A DNA stretch of 32,000 nt from Candidatus Lokiarchaeum ossiferum (GTDB taxonomy: Archaea; Asgardarchaeota; Lokiarchaeia; Sigyniarchaeales; Promethearchaeaceae): the NCBI GenBank assembly GCA_025839675.1, contig CP104013.1, forward strand, positions 5,640,001-5,672,000. The letters run 5' to 3'. The stretch's first letter is position 1; each line of letters starts with the position of its first letter. The position numbers and the translations under genes are program-made. The notes under the pieces were generated by a model, which saw only the letters and a program-made list of their open reading frames with translations, was not told the DNA's origin and did not search any database. Positions 8,720 to 15,341 of this stretch are shown piece after piece.

Positions 8720-10804
8720 TTATTTTTCCTCCTCATCAATCATTCCTGCAAACTTACCTAAGGGTACTTCGACAAAAATCGGGCGCTTTACTCCGGGTGT
8801 TATTTTTTCCATCGGAATACCTTCCTCACGCATCAAGCGTTCGATTAAAATCGTGCATGTCTTTCCTCCACAAGCACCCATTCCCGCACGAGTAATGGCT
8901 TTTAATTGGTTCATATCGGTAACTCCTTTTCGTATCCATTTTCGTATTTCCGACGCTGTTACACGCTCACAACGGCATACAATTGCATCATCTGGAACTG
9001 GAGCTTTATGATACATTTCGATTGGTTCATATTCCACTTTTATAACTGGGCGAATACCAATGGCACGCTGAGCAATTTCGAAGGGTAACGAAAGAGTTAT
9101 CAATTGAGTACGAGGATATTCTTTCAGAATACGAGCACGTACTACTTCAAATTCCCCTAATTCTCCTGCATTATCCATAACCATGACTCTTTGACCTTTG
9201 TTGATTTTTTCTGCAGCAATTTCATATGGAAAAGTGACTCTAGGATTCTCATTGTCTTTCCGATTGTCAATTAGGGTCACAGCTAAACCAGGACAAATTG
9301 CGACACATCGACCACATCCGATACATTCTTTTTCTCCCTGAAAATACGGAATATTTGTGATTTTTTCATCAATGTGAATTAACTCTTGAGGACAAACGGT
9401 GCTACAAGGATTACATGGGATTTCTTGATCACAATGAAAAACGGGCAGTATAGTTTTTTTAATTTCAGGCAAGTCCAATTCAAATGGGGCAGGAGGGTGC
9501 GCTTTCATAATGGCTGCTTTTTCTTCCAATTCTTTTAAGTTTTGTTCTACTGAAATTCCCATATCTTGAAGCATTTTGACTGCTTCAACTCTTCCAGTAA
9601 ATATTGCTGCTGATGCTTCAGCGATTTCCTGAGCATCCCCGGCAACCCAAACTGGAATTCCGTAATCTTTCGCCTTTCCATAAAATTCATCAACTGGTGT
9701 TAAACCAACTGCGATTAAAATGGTATCACATGCAAACGTCTTTTCAGTTCCTGGAATGACTTTCCAATTTTCATCTAATTGTCCAATCGTTATTGATTCT
9801 GCCTTTCCATCTCCATTTGCAGAAATAATCGTGTGGCGTGTATATATTGGAACTCCCAATCTTCGTAATTTACTTTCATGTACATGGTATCCTCCACATC
9901 GGGGTAAGGCTTCGATCAAACCTACAACCTCGATTCCTGCTTGAATTGCATGATATCCCGCAATTAATCCTACATTTCCGCCCCCAACGATAAAAATTTT
10001 TTCACTGCATTTGACTAAATCACGATTCACCAGCGTTTGAAATGCTCCTGCTCCATATACTCCTGGAAGTGTATCTCCGGGAAAAATTAACATTTTTTCT
10101 CTAGCTCCTGTGGCAACTAACAATCGTTGAGGTTTAACTAAAACATATTCTTGATTATCTTTGAGAATTCCTATGATACCATCTCGAAAGACCGCTAAAG
10201 CATTGCTATTCAACCATATTTCCACATTTTCTAATTTTTTCGCTTCGTTTCCCAAAATATTCCCAATTGTTATTCCACGTTGACCTGCATATACATCTTG
10301 TTGGGATCCAAAGAATTTGTGGGTTTGTAAAACCAATTTTCCTCCAGTACGATCTTTATCATCAACCAAAAGAACTTTTACTCCATTTTCACCTAATAAT
10401 CTAGCAGCACTGAGACCTGATGGTCCCGCTCCAATTATAAGAACTTCAGTTTCAAATAATATAGGATCTTTTGTTTTTACTTGTGAATCGATTGGTGGTA
10501 AATCTGGATGCCCTTCACAACTATTGACTTTCATTCCGTCTTTTAAGGCAGTCATACAAGATTTAACTGGTTTACCGTTTACTAAAACAGTACATTGGGA
10601 GCATTGTCCGTTTGCACAATAAATTCCTTGTGGTGAATTATCTTTATGATGGTGACCAAAGATCTTGACACCATTCATGAAAAGAGCTGAGGATAACATC
10701 ATATTTTCAAAGCCCTTTATTTCATTTCCATTAAAACTGAACGAAACAAGTTTTCTTTTCGGAATGTCCAGAATTGGATGGGATTCAATTGATTGTAATT
10801 TCAT
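8720..10804 (-). CDS. Fused Fe-S / FAD-NAD(P) oxidoreductase subunit (sarcosine oxidase alpha / proline dehydrogenase alpha / HcnA-HcnB-like)
   Basis: N-terminal 2Fe-2S-type cluster 'CANGQCSQCTVLVNGKPVKSC'. Two Rossmann motifs, 'VLIIGAGPSGLSAA' and 'IFIVGGGNVGLIAG'. Two ferredoxin-type motifs, 'CDQEIPCNPCSTVCP' and 'CIGCGRCVAICP'. C-terminal BFD-like motif 'CRCERVT...GMGACGGKTC'. Confidence 0.8.
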   Translation of the reverse strand: MKLQSIESHPILDIPKRKLVSFSFNGNEIKGFENMMLSSALFMNGVKIFGHHHKDNSPQGIYCANGQCSQCTVLVNGKPVKSCMTALKDGMKVNSCEGHPDLPPIDSQVKTKDPILFETEVLIIGAGPSGLSAARLLGENGVKVLLVDDKDRTGGKLVLQTHKFFGSQQDVYAGQRGITIGNILGNEAKKLENVEIWLNSNALAVFRDGIIGILKDNQEYVLVKPQRLLVATGAREKMLIFPGDTLPGVYGAGAFQTLVNRDLVKCSEKIFIVGGGNVGLIAGYHAIQAGIEVVGLIEALPRCGGYHVHESKLRRLGVPIYTRHTIISANGDGKAESITIGQLDENWKVIPGTEKTFACDTILIAVGLTPVDEFYGKAKDYGIPVWVAGDAQEIAEASAAIFTGRVEAVKMLQDMGISVEQNLKELEEKAAIMKAHPPAPFELDLPEIKKTILPVFHCDQEIPCNPCSTVCPQELIHIDEKITNIPYFQGEKECIGCGRCVAICPGLAVTLIDNRKDNENPRVTFPYEIAAEKINKGQRVMVMDNAGELGEFEVVRARILKEYPRTQLITLSLPFEIAQRAIGIRPVIKVEYEPIEMYHKAPVPDDAIVCRCERVTASEIRKWIRKGVTDMNQLKAITRAGMGACGGKTCTILIERLMREEGIPMEKITPGVKRPIFVEVPLGKFAGMIDEEEK
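8728..8734 (-). promoter_or_regulatory. Shine-Dalgarno-like GAGGAGG for 7553-8719, embedded in the upstream coding end
   Basis: The minus-strand sequence 'gaggagg' lies 8 nt upstream of ATG 8719, inside the last codons (EEE) of 8720-10804. Confidence 0.6.
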
Positions 10805-11068
10805 GATTTCACCATTACTGGTATTGAGTTTTACTATATTACCTCTATTTCTTCCTTTATTGAAGAAACAAGATTTTCATGGGATAATAAAATATTCCCC
10901 TCTTAATTGCAAAATAACGAATCCTAAAATTAAAATGATCTTTTTTTACATATTCAGTTAACTAAAACAATAAACAATTGGGAAGTTTCACCCATTTTAT
11001 TGATATATTCTATGATGTCTTTGATGAAAACAAACAAATTTGAGGGATTACAAAATATTCAAAAAGTA

Positions 11069-11416
11069 TCATATTTTAAAAACAATTTTTTCATGTTTAT
11101 CATTACTATTTGGACACAATTCTTTACGTAAATCTTCAATTTCTTCCATTAATTCAATGATTTTTTGATTATTGAATAGATCTGAATACATATTAAATAG
11201 TTCCATATTAGTTAAGACGATATTTCCTGTCTTTTTTATTGATCTTCCTGATGAATCAACTGGGTTTATTTCAATTCCTAAACGTTCGGGGACATCTTTC
11301 TTAGCAGGAATCTTTATGATTTTTACTCCCGGAACATTAGTCTCTGTTTTTCCCCAATCTTCTAAAATATTTAGAAGATTTTTGAGTTTTGAATTGATAT
11401 CGATATTATCTTCCAT
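11069..11416 (-). CDS. Hypothetical protein (115 aa)
   Basis: Clean ATG ORF, co-directional and 144 nt downstream of 11561-12535. Mixed charged/hydrophobic composition. No family recognised. The overlapping plus-strand ORF (11172-11474) looks like a shadow. Confidence 0.5.
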   Translation of the reverse strand: MEDNIDINSKLKNLLNILEDWGKTETNVPGVKIIKIPAKKDVPERLGIEINPVDSSGRSIKKTGNIVLTNMELFNMYSDLFNNQKIIELMEEIEDLRKELCPNSNDKHEKIVFKI

Positions 11417-11560
11417 TTTGTATCTCCACCACGAAGAAATTGAATCCCATTATATTTTAGATATTCAAACCTAAAGGGATATTGTATGGAAAGAATTGAG
11501 AACCTAAATAAAATAGGAAAAGAAAGGCTTTTAGGTAAAAAAAATAATAAAGCGATTTAG

Positions 11561-12535
11561 TTAATTTTTCCAACTATTTATGATGTTTTTTATACTCCTT
11601 TCAACTGAAGTCAGCTTTTCGACTAATGAATTTGCTTGAATTATTTTTTTCTCAAGTTCTGCTAATTCTTCTAATTGAGCATCATCTTCTAATACATCCG
11701 CTAACTCAACACATCGATTCAATTTTTTAATTTGAGCTTTATAAGGAAGATAATTCACAAATTTTCCCAAATCTTTGGAAATACTCATCATTTGGGACCT
11801 GAGTTCCTTATTTGCTGAAGGAATTTGTTTAATATCCTCAATTTTTAGTTTAATATAGTATTGTAACGGAAGATCACTAATTTTTCCGGCTAAATCATAA
11901 CATTGAAGGAAATTTTTTTCTGCACCTCTGTAATTTCCTGTTTTTGCATCTCTTCTTCCTTTTTCATAGAATTCAACAAATTTAGCGGGCAAATCCTTGG
12001 CCATCTTGATCAATTCTTGTGCTTGCTCAAAATCCCCTTCATCAATCAACTTGTTTGCTTTGGCACTTAGGTTTTTAGTAAGAATTTCGGAATTTAATAC
12101 TTTTTCTAAGATATTTACTTTAGCATCATAGATATTATGCAATTTAGTTTTTAAGTACGCTTGGTCCTTATAATTATCAAATAAATTGCGTTTGATCTCG
12201 GATGAAATGGTTTTTACAATTTCAAGAGATTCTGAAATCTCAAGTAAACTTATTAAATGGAAAGAATGACCCTCTTCATCTGAACCTAATGTTGAAGCAT
12301 GAAATTTCAAAGGAAATTGGCGAACATTCACTTCTGTACCATTTTCATTCATATTAAGACGTTCAATTATTGAATCAATGATGGTTTTTTCAGGTACATC
12401 GCTTGGATCTGGGACATATTTAGCAATGATTTTCCAAGTATTGGTGTATCCTAACCCATTTTCTTCTTCTGAATCGTCTTGTTCGGTTTTTTTTTGCATT
12501 TGATCCGACTTGACAATGATAAACCCTTTGATCAT
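11561..12535 (-). CDS. Hypothetical protein: alpha/beta N-terminal domain plus TPR/MIT-like helical C-terminal half
   Basis: 324-aa ATG ORF with 'ggag' about 9 nt upstream. The C-terminal half has helical-hairpin motifs ('GDFEQAQELIKMAKDL', 'AKTGNYRGAEKNFLQCYDLAG') of the G-x-Y-x-x-A type seen in TPR/MIT-like repeats. No family assignment is possible by eye. Confidence 0.6.
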   Translation of the reverse strand: MIKGFIIVKSDQMQKKTEQDDSEEENGLGYTNTWKIIAKYVPDPSDVPEKTIIDSIIERLNMNENGTEVNVRQFPLKFHASTLGSDEEGHSFHLISLLEISESLEIVKTISSEIKRNLFDNYKDQAYLKTKLHNIYDAKVNILEKVLNSEILTKNLSAKANKLIDEGDFEQAQELIKMAKDLPAKFVEFYEKGRRDAKTGNYRGAEKNFLQCYDLAGKISDLPLQYYIKLKIEDIKQIPSANKELRSQMMSISKDLGKFVNYLPYKAQIKKLNRCVELADVLEDDAQLEELAELEKKIIQANSLVEKLTSVERSIKNIINSWKN

Positions 12536-12550
12536 TTTTTCAACTCCATC

Positions 12551-12560
12551 ATATATATTA
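12551..12560. promoter_or_regulatory. Near-palindromic TATA-like element in a 52-bp divergent intergenic region
   Basis: 'atatatatta' is the only TATA-like element between ATG 12535 (minus) and ATG 12588 (plus). It lies about 30 nt upstream of the ftr ATG, which is consistent with a leaderless ftr mRNA. Confidence 0.35.
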
Positions 12561-12587
12561 TCAATAAGGCATTAGACAATTTAATAC

Positions 12588-13565
12588 ATGCCATGGAAAG
12601 GATATGAAAAAGTAGAATCAACAAGAATGGAATTTTTCTCAGGTATTAGTTCTTGCCTTCTTATAACTGGACCTTCAAAAAACCACGCAAAACAATATGC
12701 AATGGAATTTTGCGCTCAATCCTCATTGCCTTATGTTGGTTCTGAGGCTGGAATTCATTCCATAATTCAGCCTTCAGAAACACCGGACCATCGTTGGGGT
12801 GTTTCTTGTAGCGTTTGGGTTTCTTTAAATTCTAATTCGATCGAAAAAACCATTGTTAAGCTTGAAAAGCATCTCTTTAGGCGAATTCGTTCTTCTATCA
12901 TTCCAAAATTAGATGTACGGGTTTTTGGATGGGATTCTTTCAAAAAGGACAATGATATTCCATTGTCAACAATAAAGAGTTCAAATTTTCTTAGTGATTT
13001 TGGGGGGAATTATGCAAAAATATTGTCCAAATTTAATAAAAAAATGTACTGTATTCCTTGTATGGCAGGAGATTTTTTAATAGAAGATATATTACACGTT
13101 TATTCGGGGTATATGGGTGCGAATCTGTTTATTTTTTTTACTTCTCTACAAGAAGCTCTTGAAGCTGAACCTCTGTTAAAAAAATTACTCCTTTCATATC
13201 CAAGTGTATGTCAAATCTATGGGTTTGCTGCTTCTGGAACAAAATTTTATTCTTCTGACAACAATACTCTACCAGATGCTTTGAATAATTTTAAAGATCC
13301 CAAGAATCAAATCCAAAGTAATTTCCTATACTGTCCTTCTCTCAAATCTAAGTTAAAATCTGTTTCCAAAGTACCTGCTAATGTTAACTGTATCCCTGAA
13401 GTAATATTGAACGGTTTTTCGGTTGAAACTCTTAAAATGGTATTGAAATCAATTATTGATTTTTTAGTAAATAATTCTGCTGTGATTAAAATAAGTGCTG
13501 GATATTATAATGAAAAGCTCGGAACCTTTACTATTAAATTGAAAGACTTAATTTCTTTGAAATAA
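12588..13565 (+). CDS. ftr: Formylmethanofuran:tetrahydromethanopterin N-formyltransferase (Ftr)-like
   Basis: Colinear with the conserved Ftr blocks as I remember them from methanogen Ftr: 'LLITG', 'AGI...PSETPDHRWG' (Ftr 'AEAGI...ETPDGRPG'), 'IPCMAGDFLIED' ('P..EG.F..E'), 'GANLFIF' ('GGNF.I'), 'ASGTK', 'YCPSLK', 'VNCIPEVILNGFSVETLKMVLKSII' ('V..VYEIVINGL.EE..K.AM..GI'), and 'IKISAGYYNEKLG...IKLKDL' ('KISAGN.GGKLG......LH.L'). The length is also right (~300-325 aa). Confidence 0.8.
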   Translation: MPWKGYEKVESTRMEFFSGISSCLLITGPSKNHAKQYAMEFCAQSSLPYVGSEAGIHSIIQPSETPDHRWGVSCSVWVSLNSNSIEKTIVKLEKHLFRRIRSSIIPKLDVRVFGWDSFKKDNDIPLSTIKSSNFLSDFGGNYAKILSKFNKKMYCIPCMAGDFLIEDILHVYSGYMGANLFIFFTSLQEALEAEPLLKKLLLSYPSVCQIYGFAASGTKFYSSDNNTLPDALNNFKDPKNQIQSNFLYCPSLKSKLKSVSKVPANVNCIPEVILNGFSVETLKMVLKSIIDFLVNNSAVIKISAGYYNEKLGTFTIKLKDLISLK

Positions 13566-13618
13566 AAGATTAATTAAATAAAGATCGGTGAGAAAAAATC
13601 ACAAAACTTCAAACCAAT

Positions 13619-14992
13619 TTGAATCGAGCTCAAAAATCACTTAATTTAACCAACATACTTGAAATAATTTCTGCTACTAAGAACTTAATCTTGGAAAATC
13701 CCACTTCTGATATAGATAATTCTCAACAGACACTTGATTTAATTGAAAAGATTACTTTACAACAAATTAAAGATCGAACAGAAGAATTAGGAAAAATTTT
13801 CTCAAAATGTGAAGAGCTTTATTTAGCTGGTGATTTAATTAATACTCAGCACATTTTGGGTTTTTTACTTTTTCAAGTATCCAAATTTGGGATTTCATCT
13901 CTTCAAAACCAAGTTAAAATTTTTGATCGAAAAGTTAGTCGAAGCTTGCATATTTTGGAAGAATTGTCCAAACTTGGTTTGGAATCTCCTAGTGAGCTTC
14001 CCCCGATGATTATTCAGATACGTTATGCAAAATTAGAAACGCTATGGGAAGAATGCCAAAACGAAGAATCTCGAAAAGATTCAATTCATCCAGATATCGT
14101 TGCGAGAATAGAAAATGCACAAAAATCACTTGACGTCTATATGAGCAAATATGGAATCAGTAAAATCGATCCAGCGGATAAAAAGTATCAGAAGATGTGG
14201 TCTACCACTAAAACTTCATTGGATCTGAAAAGTAAAGAAATTCGTTTCAATCACCATATATCTACTGCTCAAAAGATAGAATCACTTCCATTAGCAAAAA
14301 TAGAACTTGAACGCGCTTATAAAATGATCCAAGAACATCCATCCCATTTTGCCTTGGAAAAACAGCGAAATCTAATAGATATGATTGCAGAAATTGATAA
14401 TCAATTGCAAAACGTTGAAGAAGATTCAAAATCATTTTTAAATTCCACTTATCAACTTTTACGTGAGTTTCAATTTAAAAAAGCCCGGCAGAAACTTGAT
14501 GACTATAAAATTGACCTTGAAAGGAAAGGTTTTTTTGATCATGATTCAAAAATTAAAGAATTACTGGAAAAATGTACTGCTAATGAATTTTTGTTTGAAA
14601 ATTTATTGGAGGTTGAGAAGATCTTTGAGCAAAATGATCTCTTGGGGGCAAAAGCTGAAATATTAAAATTAATTGAAATCATGCAAGATATGGATAAGGC
14701 TGAGTTATTAATTGATACTTTAAAGACACGAATTCTATCTCTGCAGCAAAAAATGAACAAGAATGCTTCTACTGGAAATATTTCTTCTAAACCTTTTGAT
14801 CCATTTGATGAATTAGAACCAATCAAATCTGCTATCCCTGAAGAAAAAGATGAAAAAACCCAAATTCATTCCAAAACATCTTCAAAGCAAATATCTAAAA
14901 AAAAAACATCAAAAACAGAGAATTCAGAACAAGTTAAAAAAGAAAAAGACGCGTTAGACGCATTGGATGATCTATTCGATCAAGACTTGTAA
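13619..14992 (+). CDS. Hypothetical long coiled-coil/helical-repeat protein with a disordered K/S/E-rich tail
   Basis: 457-codon ORF with no in-frame ATG until about codon 129. The frame opens at 13592, right after a TGA that overlaps a 'ggtga' SD-like element (13587-13591). Candidate starts are TTG 13619 or an unusual ATC 13598. Heptad-like, E/K/L/Q-rich composition. The tail ends in 'KDALDALDDLFDQDL'. Confidence 0.6.
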   Translation: MNRAQKSLNLTNILEIISATKNLILENPTSDIDNSQQTLDLIEKITLQQIKDRTEELGKIFSKCEELYLAGDLINTQHILGFLLFQVSKFGISSLQNQVKIFDRKVSRSLHILEELSKLGLESPSELPPMIIQIRYAKLETLWEECQNEESRKDSIHPDIVARIENAQKSLDVYMSKYGISKIDPADKKYQKMWSTTKTSLDLKSKEIRFNHHISTAQKIESLPLAKIELERAYKMIQEHPSHFALEKQRNLIDMIAEIDNQLQNVEEDSKSFLNSTYQLLREFQFKKARQKLDDYKIDLERKGFFDHDSKIKELLEKCTANEFLFENLLEVEKIFEQNDLLGAKAEILKLIEIMQDMDKAELLIDTLKTRILSLQQKMNKNASTGNISSKPFDPFDELEPIKSAIPEEKDEKTQIHSKTSSKQISKKKTSKTENSEQVKKEKDALDALDDLFDQDL

Positions 14993-15003
14993 AACCTTCA
15001 ATT

Positions 15004-15249
15004 CTAAAATGCTTTATTTTTTTTTAGAAATTCTTCAATAATTTTAGGTTCACGATTAAAAATCTGTGAAATAACGGCTAAAGCAACCTCTTTTGACATA
15101 CCCATACCAACGTAATCTTTAAATAATTGAATCCATGTACTTTTATCACTGCGATATTCGTCTGGGTGTTCGGATTCAATATGGCGCCAATAAGGATTTT
15201 TTAATGAAATTCCACAATAGGGACATTTTCGTTCTTCTGACATTTTCAT
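15004..15249 (-). CDS. Small C2H2-like zinc-finger protein (81 aa)
   Basis: N-terminal 'CPYC-x10-H-x4-H' (CPYCGISLKNPYWRHIESEH) is followed by a ~50-aa helical segment. Clean ATG ORF, 92 nt downstream of and co-directional with the PAS-DUF835 gene. Confidence 0.65.
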   Translation of the reverse strand: MKMSEERKCPYCGISLKNPYWRHIESEHPDEYRSDKSTWIQLFKDYVGMGMSKEVALAVISQIFNREPKIIEEFLKKNKAF

Positions 15250-15341
15250 GATTCCTTTTGTTACGGTTTTTTTTTATTTATATATTTTTAATATAATCTG
15301 TTTTTCTTAAATGGTTTGCTATAGTTTAGGAATTTTTACAA

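Noticed and set aside
7553-10804. Oxidoreductase operon as a horizontally acquired island or mobile element, because of higher GC
   Set aside because: I saw no flanking direct repeats, integrase or tRNA target. Elevated GC is equally explained by strong protein conservation. It is kept only as a side remark in the corresponding finding.
8906-10961. Plus-strand ORFs 8906-9088, 9720-9944, 10317-10622 and 10665-10961 opposite the oxidoreductase gene
   Set aside because: They are antisense to a CDS with many cofactor motifs. The relatively GC-richer coding region simply leaves long open antisense frames.
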